Shown: one piece after another, positions 49,423 to 59,126 of the stretch | Layout of the letters: every line of letters starts with the position of its first letter | Position numbering within the stretch: the stretch's first letter is position 1 | DNA from: Pseudomonadota bacterium | GTDB taxonomy: Bacteria; Desulfobacterota; Binatia; Binatales; Binataceae | Assembly (NCBI GenBank): GCA_021323675.1 | Contig: JAJPKP010000071.1 | Coordinates: 64,969 to 128,968 of the forward strand | Direction: 5' to 3' | DNA length: 64,000 bases | Notes under the pieces: model-generated | Databases searched by the model: none | What the model was told of the DNA's origin: nothing | The model's input: the letters and a program-made list of their open reading frames with translations, nothing else | Made by a program: the position numbers and the translations under genes

Positions 49423-50172
49423 CTACTGGACGCTGATCGGAATTCGGACATCGAACTCCGAGTCGATGGGAGCGCCGTCCTTTGTCGCTGGAAAAAACCG
49501 CCATTGCTGGAGCGTGTCAAGCAGGATCTGGTTGAGGCGTGGATTTGCGGTCTCGGTGGTCAGAGAAACGCTGACCTGACCGCCGGAGGTCACCTTGAAG
49601 TGGGCGACGGCGACGGTTTGAATAGCGTCCTCTCGCAAATCATCGGGAATCTCGGGCATCGGCGTATATATTGCGCGGGCGCCGAGACTGTCGGTACCGA
49701 TTCCGGTCCCGCCGCCTGTCCCGGTGACGGCCTGCTCTCCCGTGCTTTCCCCGGTCAATCTTCCCTTTTCTTCTGCCGTCGCGCCTTCGGGGGCAGCGGG
49801 AGCTTGCGCGGAATCGGACGGTGAAGTGGCGCCCTTGTCGGACGGCGGAGGCGGCGGCGTTTCCGGCTCCTTGTGATGAACTGCGGGCGGCACATGGGCC
49901 GGCCGGGTCTTCGGCTTCGCCGGGGCCGGAGCGGCAGGCGCGGAAGCTCCTGTTCCCGCAGCGAGACCGGCGGCGGGCTTCGGCGGCAACTCCACGATTC
50001 GCGCCTCCAGCGGCTTTGGTTCGGATCCCGGAGGCTGCGATCGCTCCAGCATCAGAGCGAAAGCGGCCAGCAGCCCAGCCCATAACAGGAGCGCGGCGAT
50101 GACGACCCAGGGGAGCCGCTTCCACGGATCGTCCAATTCGGGCATCCGCGGCAGGTGCGCAGCAGGGTTCAT
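49423..50172 (-). CDS. TonB family energy transducer
   Basis: N-terminal TM, Pro-rich linker and C-terminal WRFFPA..G domain. Confidence 0.85.
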   Translation of the reverse strand: MNPAAHLPRMPELDDPWKRLPWVVIAALLLWAGLLAAFALMLERSQPPGSEPKPLEARIVELPPKPAAGLAAGTGASAPAAPAPAKPKTRPAHVPPAVHHKEPETPPPPPSDKGATSPSDSAQAPAAPEGATAEEKGRLTGESTGEQAVTGTGGGTGIGTDSLGARAIYTPMPEIPDDLREDAIQTVAVAHFKVTSGGQVSVSLTTETANPRLNQILLDTLQQWRFFPATKDGAPIDSEFDVRIPISVQ

Positions 50173-50570
50173 TGGCGCTTGACGGCGATGAGAAACTGCT
50201 CGATGCCGGCGCGCCGCGCCTGCAGCATCGCTTGTACGACGATCCCCTCGGGAGCGGCGCTATCCGCATTGACGACCACGCTCTTGTCCCCCTCGTGAAG
50301 CATCGATTTCAGCGTCTCAGCCATCGACGTAATCTCGGTCGGGGTTTTATCCACAAAGACTCGGCTGTCACGGGTGATGGTGATCGTGACCGGCTCCTTT
50401 TGCTGAAGGTTGTCCGCGCTGCCCTGCGGCAGATTCACCGGGATGGAGTTGAGGCTTTGCATCGACAGCGAGGCAAGCATGAACGTCACCAGCAGAAAGA
50501 ACATCACATCGATCATTGGAATAATCTCGATGCGGCCGTGACGATATTTGCGTGAACGCCGGAGCTTCAT
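50169..50570 (-). CDS. exbD: ExbD/TolR biopolymer transport protein
   Basis: IEIIPMIDVMFFLLVTFM, VNLP and NAD. Confidence 0.92.
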   Translation of the reverse strand: MKLRRSRKYRHGRIEIIPMIDVMFFLLVTFMLASLSMQSLNSIPVNLPQGSADNLQQKEPVTITITRDSRVFVDKTPTEITSMAETLKSMLHEGDKSVVVNADSAAPEGIVVQAMLQARRAGIEQFLIAVKRQ

Positions 50571-51253
50571 ACCGCCGCCCTGCCTTCGTCCGAGTCCTCG
50601 AGTCGGCCGCAAGCGCGCGCGTCTCCCGCTTCGTTGTCCAGCCGGATGTGATCGATGAGCTTTGAGCCCAGGCGTTCCATCTGATCGAGCGCTTGCGATT
50701 GCGCCCGCGAGAAGTAATTGAAGCCAAACAGCGCGATCAGCGCGATCAGCAGCCCGAGCGCGGTCGCAATCAGCGCCTGTGCAACTCCCGAAGTCACTTT
50801 TGCCGGCGCGACCAGGCCCGATCCGCCGATGATCTTGAACGCCTCCATCATGCCGGTGATTGTTCCGAGCAGGCCCAGCAGCGGCGCGGCGGTCACGACC
50901 GTTTCGAGAATCCACAGTCCCCGGCCCAGCGTCGCTTCGATGCGTCCGGCCTCGTCGCCGGCGCGCGATTCGATCCACCACGCCGGACGAGATCGGTTGG
51001 ACGAAATGACGCCGAAGAATCTTGCGTAGGCGTTGTGCGGGCCGAGCCGCTCGATTTGCCGGTTCAGATCGTTCCAGGCAAATCCGTAGGTTTCGATCAG
51101 CGCGGCCATCTCGCCGGGAAGCCGCAGGCATCGCCAATACGCGACCGCGCGATCGATCATGATCGCAAGCGCAAGGGCGCCGAGAGCCAGCAACGGATAG
51201 ACCATCGCGCCCCCGTAGCTGATCGCTTCCCACGCCAGTTTCAATTCGTTCAT
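50567..51253 (-). CDS. exbB: ExbB/TolQ proton channel
   Basis: APLLGLLGTITGM and GVAQALIATALGL. Confidence 0.92.
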   Translation of the reverse strand: MNELKLAWEAISYGGAMVYPLLALGALALAIMIDRAVAYWRCLRLPGEMAALIETYGFAWNDLNRQIERLGPHNAYARFFGVISSNRSRPAWWIESRAGDEAGRIEATLGRGLWILETVVTAAPLLGLLGTITGMMEAFKIIGGSGLVAPAKVTSGVAQALIATALGLLIALIALFGFNYFSRAQSQALDQMERLGSKLIDHIRLDNEAGDARACGRLEDSDEGRAAV

Positions 51254-51286
51254 CGTCGCACCTCTGAGATCGATATTCAGATCGGC

Positions 51287-53671
51287 TTATCGCGGCGGCG
51301 GGTTCGTGAACGGCAATTCCCACCCGATTCCGCCATAGACCGCGCGCCTGGGACCGTATTGCGTCGCAAAGACTCCGATGCCGGTGCCGTTGCGAATCTG
51401 GTAGATGTGGTCGAAGAGATTCACGACCGCGCCTCTCACCACGAAGGCGCCCGCGCCGGGAATCTCGAACCGCTTGTTGATTCCTACGTTAACCTGCACG
51501 TAAAAGGGCATGTTCCCGGTATTGGCGAACCCGCGCCGCAGACCGCTTCCGTACAGGCCGTCCATCGTCAGCATCCAGCCCTTCATGCTGTAGGCCGCTC
51601 CCGCCGAGGACGTGAAAGTCTGATCGTGATCGAGAAACACGTAGCGATCGCTTATGTAGTGCAGCTCGTTCTTGTCGAAGTTGAACTGGCCGGACGTGAT
51701 CTGATTGCCCTGCGCAACGCTGTAGGTGAAATTGCCGTAGGCGCTCAGATTTTCATGGCTGTATGACGCGGTGGCCTCGACGCCGTAGTTGCGGCCCTTG
51801 TTGTAGTTGAAGTTCTCGTAGATAAGCGCGGGCCCGAACTGGCCTTCATCGATCACCTGGCTCGCCTTGCGAAAGTACGCGTCGACGCCAAGATTGAAAC
51901 GCGGCACGATCTCCTGCGCTATTCCCGCATCGAAGTAGTGGTCGCGTTCGACGGTCGGCGTGCTGTTGGCGCCGCTCGGCGGAGCGCCCGTCGTGTTTTC
52001 AAACAGTTTGATCGAAGTGGAAGGAACCATCTCGGTATCGGGCGGTGTGAAATAGCGCGCGTAGCCCGCGTGCAGAGCGGTGCGCTTGAATGGAGTGTAG
52101 GTGATGCCAACGCGCGGACTGGCCTGATCGGCGCGCACCAGGCCGTCATACAGATCGAATCGCACGCCGTAGTCGATCGTTACGGGCTCCAGCGGCTTCC
52201 ATTCGTCCTCGACGTAGCCGCTGTAGTACCAGGCGGTGATCGCGGTGTTGTCGGTGATCGAAATGGGCACCGTTTGAGGCACGCCGCCGACAATCGGAAA
52301 GGTTGCTTCATGGTTGTCGATCTCGGCGCGCTCGCCCCAAAAGGAACCGCCGAACCGGAAAACGTGCCGCGCGACGCCTCGATACGCCATATCGGTTTGC
52401 AACCCGCTGGCCCAATCGCTGCGAAAGGCCTTCGACGCCGCGCCATTGAAGATCAGGTCGCCATCGTGATCGGGATAGAACGACACCGTGGAATAGCGGC
52501 TGAATGGCGCGATCTGGTAGTCGAAGTTCCGGCCTATCGCGCCCTGCAACGCGAAGATCCCAAAGTAGTTCTGCTCGAACTGGCGCTCGTTGACGTCAGC
52601 CGATGGGTAGATGGGAACACCCTTCAGCGTGAACACCTGCGGCTGATTGGGATTGGCCGGGATGTGAAAGTAATTGATCGCCGTGCCCGTGATCAGGCTG
52701 AGGCGCGTCGTCGGATTCAGAAAGTAAGAGAAGTATCCGAAGCCCGATCCCTGATTGGTGTCATCGTTGATCGGCGTGGGTCCGGGGGTGGGCGGTTCGA
52801 GTCCGCGATTGCTGCCGAAATACTGACCCGTCATGAAGTAGCTGAAATTCCCCTTCGAGCCGCCGTACTCGAAGCTCGGCTGTTCAGTGCCGCGTTGACC
52901 GCCCCGAAACTCCACCGATTGCACGTCGTCCTGAAGGCCGTCTTTGGTCTTGATATCAACGATCCCCGCGGTCCGAAGCCCGTACTGCGCCGGCAGGACG
53001 CCGGTAAGCAGACTGATTTCGCGTGCGAAACGCGGCGTGAGTATCTGTCCGAATTGTGTAACGCCCTGCGGCAGTAGAATTCCGTTGAGGCGATACTGCA
53101 GATTGCCGTGATCGCCGCGCACATGAATTGCCCCGTAGGAGTCCTGAACCACGCCCGGCGCCTGAAGGAGCACCTGGTTGAGGGAGCTGTTGTTGCCCTC
53201 AGGGAGCTGCTGAATCGCCTTTTCGGTGAAGGTGTAGCTGCTGCCTCCGGTAGTTGGCGATAAACGGTTGCGCGCCCGATCCAGCCGGCGGGCGACGACG
53301 GGCAGGCTCAGCAAGGCCTGCGATTGCATCGCGATTTCAAGCGCCCTGGAGCCTTTCGCGCTCACTGTCGCGATTGCAACCGCGGTCTTGAAAGCGGGTT
53401 TGTTTACGACCACGGCGAAGGTTCCCGCCGCCACGCCGTGAAACACGAATTTGCCGCTCTGGTCGCTGGTCGTCCGCGCCACCGCTCGTCCATCGCGCGC
53501 CTGCAAAACCACCGCTGCGCCATCGATCGGGCGCCCTAGGGCATCCTTTACAATTCCCGTCACGGTTGCCCTCGCGCTCCTGGGACTTTCCGCCGCGCGA
53601 GCAACCGATCCGATCGCGGCCGCCTGGATTATCCAGAGGGCGGCCGCAACGACTCCAAACCGCCGCATCAT
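51287..53671 (-). CDS. TonB-dependent receptor with N-terminal carboxypeptidase-regulatory-like domain
   Basis: VTGIVKD..G.PI.GA, plug PGV...HVRG...QYRLNG, SPRVG and NLFD..Y. Confidence 0.92.
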   Translation of the reverse strand: MMRRFGVVAAALWIIQAAAIGSVARAAESPRSARATVTGIVKDALGRPIDGAAVVLQARDGRAVARTTSDQSGKFVFHGVAAGTFAVVVNKPAFKTAVAIATVSAKGSRALEIAMQSQALLSLPVVARRLDRARNRLSPTTGGSSYTFTEKAIQQLPEGNNSSLNQVLLQAPGVVQDSYGAIHVRGDHGNLQYRLNGILLPQGVTQFGQILTPRFAREISLLTGVLPAQYGLRTAGIVDIKTKDGLQDDVQSVEFRGGQRGTEQPSFEYGGSKGNFSYFMTGQYFGSNRGLEPPTPGPTPINDDTNQGSGFGYFSYFLNPTTRLSLITGTAINYFHIPANPNQPQVFTLKGVPIYPSADVNERQFEQNYFGIFALQGAIGRNFDYQIAPFSRYSTVSFYPDHDGDLIFNGAASKAFRSDWASGLQTDMAYRGVARHVFRFGGSFWGERAEIDNHEATFPIVGGVPQTVPISITDNTAITAWYYSGYVEDEWKPLEPVTIDYGVRFDLYDGLVRADQASPRVGITYTPFKRTALHAGYARYFTPPDTEMVPSTSIKLFENTTGAPPSGANSTPTVERDHYFDAGIAQEIVPRFNLGVDAYFRKASQVIDEGQFGPALIYENFNYNKGRNYGVEATASYSHENLSAYGNFTYSVAQGNQITSGQFNFDKNELHYISDRYVFLDHDQTFTSSAGAAYSMKGWMLTMDGLYGSGLRRGFANTGNMPFYVQVNVGINKRFEIPGAGAFVVRGAVVNLFDHIYQIRNGTGIGVFATQYGPRRAVYGGIGWELPFTNPPPR

Positions 53672-53777
53672 CAACTCCGATACGGTTCAAGGACCCCGCG
53701 ACAGATTCCGCGCACCAGCGCGCGCCAATCACATTCGCGAGTTCGTAAAACTCAAATCGTCTGGAAGAAATAACCGC

Positions 53778-54167
53778 TTAGAGCGAGGCGGGCGGAGCGC
53801 GGCCGAAGTGATCTTCGAGCGCCATTTGCGCCGGCTCGATCGCATCAACCGCGGCCGGCGCGTGCGCGAGAATCGGCGTCGAGACAGACGCCTGAGAAGG
53901 AGCCGCTACCACCGGGATGTGGCACGCGAGACAAAGCGCGCAAAGCTCGGACGCCGCGGCCAATTCGGCCTGCGCCGCGTTCTGCGATCGCGAGAAGCCG
54001 TGAAAATGCGCGGCTCCCGCGAGCTGAACGAAAACAATCAGCGCGGCCGCGAAAACGGCCAGCGCCGGACGGCGCGGCGATCGTTCGGACTGGATGTTGG
54101 TATTCAGGCGCCTAAGCCTCTTGCGCAGAGTGTCTGATTTCGTATCGCAAAGCAATTGCAAGTGCAA
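53778..54167 (-). CDS. DUF2946/CruR-like leader protein with CxxC and C-terminal RAPP
   Basis: Hydrophobic signal, HFH, CALCLACH and GRAPPASL*. The true start is probably downstream of 54167. Confidence 0.75.
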   Translation of the reverse strand: MHLQLLCDTKSDTLRKRLRRLNTNIQSERSPRRPALAVFAAALIVFVQLAGAAHFHGFSRSQNAAQAELAAASELCALCLACHIPVVAAPSQASVSTPILAHAPAAVDAIEPAQMALEDHFGRAPPASL

Positions 54168-54178
54168 GTAGATTGTGC
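54145..54178. promoter_or_regulatory. Tandem GCAA-N5-TTG(C) boxes, candidate Fur-family (Nur/Mur-like) operator
   Basis: TCGCAA-agcaa-TTGCAA (54145-54161) and GTGCAA-gtaga-TTGTGC (54162-54178). Confidence 0.5.
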
Positions 54179-54194
54179 TTTTCTCGGGCCTGCG

Positions 54195-54668
54195 ATGAGT
54201 ATTCCATCCGCCGAACGGAACAAAGGGGGAAATCCACCGCCGGCCCGGCTCTCATCCGCCACGCAAGACGCGCGAACGGTCCTCAAAGGCGTGGGACTGC
54301 GCGGAACCGCCGCGCGCCTCGCGGTCCTCCGGCACATGCTCGAGACGCCGGGGCCCCTGAGCCACTCCGAAGTGTATGCATCGCTGGAAAGCGGCGGTTT
54401 TGACGCCGCGACCATCTACCGCAACCTTATCGAACTGACTCGCGTCGGCGTCCTGTCCCGAGTCGACCTCGGCGATCACATCTGGCGCTTTGAAAAGAAA
54501 CCAGCTCCGCGTAAGCGCCGCATAGCGCATCCCCACTTCGTATGCGACGAATGCGGCAGCGTAGCCTGCCTTGATGAAGGCGATGTGAAAATCTCGGGCA
54601 CACGCGGAATCCGCAGCGTCGGCGAAGTATCGAGCATCACGGTGAAAGGCCGCTGCCGAAAGTGCTAG
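54195..54668 (+). CDS. Fur-family transcriptional regulator
   Basis: GLRGTAARLAVL, ATIYRNL, HPHFVCDECG and G.CRKC. Confidence 0.93.
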   Translation: MSIPSAERNKGGNPPPARLSSATQDARTVLKGVGLRGTAARLAVLRHMLETPGPLSHSEVYASLESGGFDAATIYRNLIELTRVGVLSRVDLGDHIWRFEKKPAPRKRRIAHPHFVCDECGSVACLDEGDVKISGTRGIRSVGEVSSITVKGRCRKC

Positions 54669-55111
54669 ACCGCTCAAGCGGGCTTTCCCCTATTCTTCTG
54701 CTTGCGATTGTACCGGCAATTTTTCTTGCGGGATGCGAACTGGGCGCCGAACGCGGCGGCTACATCCCGTTTGCACAGCGCGACCCCGCGGTTAAGGCTT
54801 TTGCACTGCTACTCAACTATTACGCGTGGATCCTTGCGACGAACGGGGTTGCCGCTTACCGCGACGGTCCGGCGGGGGTGAAGTATGCGAAGGCGGCCTG
54901 CGCCGACACCTCGTGGAAGAACGCGGCGGTGCTGGACACCCTTGCCGCCTCCTATGCGCGCGATGGAAAATTCGACCTGGCAGTGAAGTGGCAAAAGGCC
55001 GCGATAGAGGCGAGCGGAGCCGGGAGTTCTTCGGTCTTTTCTCGCCGGCTCGATCTGTACGAAGAGCACGAACTTTGTAGTTCCGGACAATCGGCTTTCC
55101 CCTGGTTCTAG
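54662..55111 (+). CDS. Hypothetical lipoprotein with TPR-like segment
   Basis: Lipobox LAGC; NYYAWILAT and LDTLAASYA..G.F..AV.WQ..A. Confidence 0.7.
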   Translation: MLDRSSGLSPILLLAIVPAIFLAGCELGAERGGYIPFAQRDPAVKAFALLLNYYAWILATNGVAAYRDGPAGVKYAKAACADTSWKNAAVLDTLAASYARDGKFDLAVKWQKAAIEASGAGSSSVFSRRLDLYEEHELCSSGQSAFPWF

Positions 55112-55112
55112 A

Positions 55113-55829
55113 ATGGAAGAATCGCTCGATACGCTGGAGGCTCTTCGCGGACAGATAGCAGCGATCGAGCGCGACCTTGAGGCCGGTTCTTACCGGCCGG
55201 GCCCGTGGTCCCGGCTGACAAAGCAGGTGCGAGCGATGCCCGTCGATTCCCGCTGTTTGGTGGCCGAGGATCTGTCGCGCATCAGCCGCAAATTGCATCT
55301 CCGTGGCGAACGCCGGACGCTTTCGGTCCGCGCCGGCTACATCGCGGAAGCGATCTTCGCGCTGCTCGGCGCCGTCATCCTGGCCTTTGGCGCTGGAAAT
55401 CGCTCGAACGTTCTTGTCATTTTGGCCGCGTTGATATGGACGACGGCGTTTCAGCCCCTGATCAAGATCGGCACAGGGCACTTGCTGGGGATCGGCTATG
55501 AATATGCGTACCTCTACGGCATCGAGCCGCGGTTCAAGATGCGATTCGGCCAGTACCTGTCGAAGCCGCGCTATGTGCGCCTGCTGTTGCATCTGTCGGG
55601 CATGATTGGATCGCCGATCGGTGCGTGCCTGCCGATTCTGTTCATCGCGCCGACGATGCGTGTCGCGATCTACTTCTGCTGGGCGCTTTTCTGGATCGTC
55701 GTCGCGATCAACGTCGGCGCGTTTGTCGCGGCGCTCGCCGCGATCGGCGATCGTGTAGGTTCGGTGCGATTGACTGACAGCAGCGGCGGATTGGCCGCGC
55801 TGGAACTGCGCGAGGCCCTCGAAATCTGA
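55113..55829 (+). CDS. Hypothetical membrane protein
   Basis: About 4 TM segments; starts 1 nt after the previous stop. Confidence 0.7.
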   Translation: MEESLDTLEALRGQIAAIERDLEAGSYRPGPWSRLTKQVRAMPVDSRCLVAEDLSRISRKLHLRGERRTLSVRAGYIAEAIFALLGAVILAFGAGNRSNVLVILAALIWTTAFQPLIKIGTGHLLGIGYEYAYLYGIEPRFKMRFGQYLSKPRYVRLLLHLSGMIGSPIGACLPILFIAPTMRVAIYFCWALFWIVVAINVGAFVAALAAIGDRVGSVRLTDSSGGLAALELREALEI

Positions 55830-55843
55830 GAAGGACTCGCTGG

Positions 55844-57040
55844 CTAAACGATGCCTTCGGTCTTGAGGCGCTCCAGGTCGCTGGCGGTCATCCCGAGCAT
55901 CTCTCCGTACACTTCGCCGTTATGCTGCCCGAGCAGGGGCGCCGGCTTCACCTCGACCGGCGAATGTTCGAGCCGCACCGGGCATCCCGGCATCGTGAAC
56001 TCACCGCGCGCGGGATGGTTTACGGTAACGATCATGCCGCGTTCCCTGAGATGCGGATCATTGAGTAGCTCGACGCTGTCCAGCACCTTGCCGCAGGGCA
56101 CTCCCGCTTCGCCGAGAATCTTCATCACCTCGTGCTTGGTATGGCGGCCGGTCCATTCATTGATGATGGCGGTAAGCGCCTCGACGTTTTGATTGCGCGC
56201 ACGCGCGTCCTTGAATCGCTCATCATCGGCAAGTTGCGGCTGGCCCATCGCCTTGCAGAGGTTCTGCCACATCTCGGGAGTGGTGCAGAGAACAAAGACG
56301 TAATCGTTGTCGCCGCCGGGAGCACACTTGAAAATATCGCCGGGGCCGCCGCCGAGACGGTTTCCGGTGCGAGGGACCGGCTTATGGGTCACATAGGTGC
56401 CCATCATCGGAACGCGGCAGAAATTGAGCACCGCCTCCTGCATCGCGACCTCGACCTTCTGCCCCTTGCCGGTCTGCTGCCGTTGGATGTAGGCGGCGAG
56501 CACGCCGATCGCCGCATGCATCCCGGTCCCCGTGTCTCCGATAGTCGGGCCGGGTTTAAGGGGCGGAGTGCCCGGAAATCCGGTGAGCCCCATCGCGCCG
56601 CCGGATGCCTGCGCGATCATGTCGAAGCTCTTGTATGAGCTGTAGGGGCCGGTTGTTCCGAACCCTTTGATAGTCAGATAGATGAGGCGCGGGTTTATTT
56701 CGCGAAGGCGGTCGTAACCGAGGCCCAATCCTTCGAGAGTGCCAAGGGAGTAGTTCTCGCTCAGGATGTCGACTCGTTTCACCAGCTCCAGGAAGATTTC
56801 GCGGCCCTTGTCGCTCTTCAGGTTGAGCGTGATGCTGCGTTTGTTGGCGTTGAGCAGCATGAAGTAATAGGAATCGACGCCGGGCTTTTCGGTCAGAAGC
56901 CACCGCCCCTGCTCGCCCATCTTCGGCGACTCTACCTTGATGACGTTTGCGCCGAGCCACGCGAGCATCTCGGTGCACGAGGTGCCGGCTTCGAACTGCG
57001 TCAGGTCGAGGACCTTCACACCCGCCAGAGCTTTTTCCAT
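55844..57040 (-). CDS. Family III CoA-transferase, formyl-CoA transferase-like
   Basis: DLTQFEAGTSCT..LAWLGA, NANKRSITLNLK and PTIGDTGTGMH (catalytic Asp). Confidence 0.9.
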   Translation of the reverse strand: MEKALAGVKVLDLTQFEAGTSCTEMLAWLGANVIKVESPKMGEQGRWLLTEKPGVDSYYFMLLNANKRSITLNLKSDKGREIFLELVKRVDILSENYSLGTLEGLGLGYDRLREINPRLIYLTIKGFGTTGPYSSYKSFDMIAQASGGAMGLTGFPGTPPLKPGPTIGDTGTGMHAAIGVLAAYIQRQQTGKGQKVEVAMQEAVLNFCRVPMMGTYVTHKPVPRTGNRLGGGPGDIFKCAPGGDNDYVFVLCTTPEMWQNLCKAMGQPQLADDERFKDARARNQNVEALTAIINEWTGRHTKHEVMKILGEAGVPCGKVLDSVELLNDPHLRERGMIVTVNHPARGEFTMPGCPVRLEHSPVEVKPAPLLGQHNGEVYGEMLGMTASDLERLKTEGIV

Positions 57041-57216
57041 CGTCATCCTCCGAGGGCGCGCATTTGGGGCAACTGATTGCGCCTGAGCCTTCTATCTAGC
57101 TCCCCACGCGCAACCTCGGCAAGCGACCGCTGTGTGGGTGCGTGCTATTTGGCGCTGTCGCGGGGTCTGATAAATTTTGATCGGGCGCGGAAACGTTCAG
57201 GTTCCGCGCGATGCTC

Positions 57217-58350
57217 ATGGCTTCAACCGCAATCGCCAAGCTGGGGCGCATCCGCGACGAGTTGAACCGGATGTTCCTCGAGCGCGCCGAATTGATTGAC
57301 GGCGCGCTCGCCGCGCTGCTCTCGCGCAGCCACGTTTTGCTGATCGGACCGCCGGGCACGGCCAAGTCGATGCTGGCGGAGGAGCTCTGCACCCGGATCG
57401 AAGGAGCCCGCTACTTTCAATGGCTGCTGACCCGCTTCAGCACTCCGGAAGAGCTGTTCGGTGCGGTCAGCCTGAAGGGGCTCGAGCAGGACGACTATCG
57501 GAGGGTCACGACGCACAAGCTGCCCGAGGCGCACATCGCCTTTCTGGATGAAATCTTCAAGGCGAACTCGTCGATCCTGAACGCGCTGCTGACGATCATC
57601 AACGAGCGCGTCTTTCACAACGGGCGCGAACGAACGCTCGTTCCTCTCATCACAATGTTCGGGGCATCGAACGAACTGCCGGACGAAGAGGAACTGACCG
57701 CGCTCTACGATCGATTCATGTTTCGCTTCATCACGGGCTACATCGCCGAAGATTTCCGGTTCCTGAAGATGCTGGAAGGAGTCGCGCCCGAGACCCGCAC
57801 CATGCTGACCTTTGCGGAGCTGAACGACCTGGCGGCCGGCGCGTCTTCGGTGAAGGTCCCCGGTTCGGTGCTGAATGAAATCGCCGAGCTGCGCCGCACC
57901 CTGGCTCGCGAGCAAATCGTGGTTTCGGACCGGCGATGGAAAAACGCGCTGGAGGTCCTGCGGGCGCACGCAACCATCTTTGGACGCGACACCGTCATCG
58001 AAGACGACCTGATGTTCCTCGAGCACGTGCTGTGGAAGGACCCCGAGGAACGGCCGAAAGTCACCGACATCCTGCGCCGGCTGGTAAGAGGATTCGAGGA
58101 AGAAGCGCGCGAGCTGCTAATCCAGAGCCAGGAACTGCGCGATTACGCGCAGCGTCCGTGGGAAAGCGAGGAATTGCGCAAACGCGCCCTGGTCGAGGCT
58201 CACACCAAAATCGCCAACATCCTCGTCAAATTCGAAACCCTGCTGCAGGAAGCCTCCGAAGCGGGCCGCACCATCGCCGGCGCGGAGGCGATGCGCTCAG
58301 AGGTGCGCGATATTCAGCAGGCGATGCTGCGCCGAGCGATGGGTTCATAG
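57217..58350 (+). CDS. MoxR AAA+ ATPase, RavA subfamily
   Basis: GPPGTAKS, LLTRFSTPEELFG, FLDEIFKANSSILNALL, ASNELP, LYDRF and SDRRW. Confidence 0.9.
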   Translation: MASTAIAKLGRIRDELNRMFLERAELIDGALAALLSRSHVLLIGPPGTAKSMLAEELCTRIEGARYFQWLLTRFSTPEELFGAVSLKGLEQDDYRRVTTHKLPEAHIAFLDEIFKANSSILNALLTIINERVFHNGRERTLVPLITMFGASNELPDEEELTALYDRFMFRFITGYIAEDFRFLKMLEGVAPETRTMLTFAELNDLAAGASSVKVPGSVLNEIAELRRTLAREQIVVSDRRWKNALEVLRAHATIFGRDTVIEDDLMFLEHVLWKDPEERPKVTDILRRLVRGFEEEARELLIQSQELRDYAQRPWESEELRKRALVEAHTKIANILVKFETLLQEASEAGRTIAGAEAMRSEVRDIQQAMLRRAMGS

Positions 58351-58355
58351 CGGCA

Positions 58356-59117
58356 ATGCCGGCGGAGGAAACCACTCCCGCGATCGTCCTGCGGGCGCGC
58401 GACTACGCGGAGTCCGACAGAATCGTTACGCTGCTGACCCGCGACTACGGCAAGCTCGGCGGAATCGGCAAAGGCGCGAAGGCCTCGCGCCATCGCTTCG
58501 AGCGAAAGCTCGAGCCGTTCTCGCACGTGATGCTGCATTTCCGGCGCCGTCCGCACGGCCAGCTCGTGTTCATCACCCGCGCCGAAGCCGCGGACCTCGC
58601 CCAGTTTCGCATCGAGGAGGACCTCGGGCGAATCGCGCTGGGCTCGTACATGCTCGAGCTGACGGACACTCTGACTGCGGAGGCGAGCGAGGCCAACGAT
58701 GCCTACCACAGTCTGAGCAGTGCGCTGGCGGCATTGTCTTCCGGATGCGCTGACGCGGCGCTCAGGCAGGCATTCGAGCTGCGCGCGCTGGGATGGGCTG
58801 GTTACGGGCTGGAGTTTGCGCGATGCCGCGTATGTTCGAACGTGGCGGACACCGATTCGGTGTACTTTGTCGCCGGACGCGGCGGAGTGGTGTGCGCGCG
58901 ATGCCACGACAGGGTCGCCGAAGGGGCTATTCGTCTGCGCGCCGAAAGCGCGGCGGCGCTGGCGAAGCTGGGCGCGATGCGAATCGACGAAGTCGGCGGC
59001 GCGACGCCTGCGGGCCCCGACGGCGCACTTGCCATCTCGCGGTTCTTGAATTCGATACTCGATCGAAAGCTCAGAACCGCCGAGTTCCTGGATTCGATTC
59101 TGAACGGCGCAGGCTGA
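58356..59117 (+). CDS. recO: DNA repair protein RecO
   Basis: AIVLRARDYAESDRIVTLLTRDYGKL..GKGA, LEPF and CxxC...CxxC. Confidence 0.93.
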   Translation: MPAEETTPAIVLRARDYAESDRIVTLLTRDYGKLGGIGKGAKASRHRFERKLEPFSHVMLHFRRRPHGQLVFITRAEAADLAQFRIEEDLGRIALGSYMLELTDTLTAEASEANDAYHSLSSALAALSSGCADAALRQAFELRALGWAGYGLEFARCRVCSNVADTDSVYFVAGRGGVVCARCHDRVAEGAIRLRAESAAALAKLGAMRIDEVGGATPAGPDGALAISRFLNSILDRKLRTAEFLDSILNGAG

Positions 59118-59126
59118 CCGCCTTGT

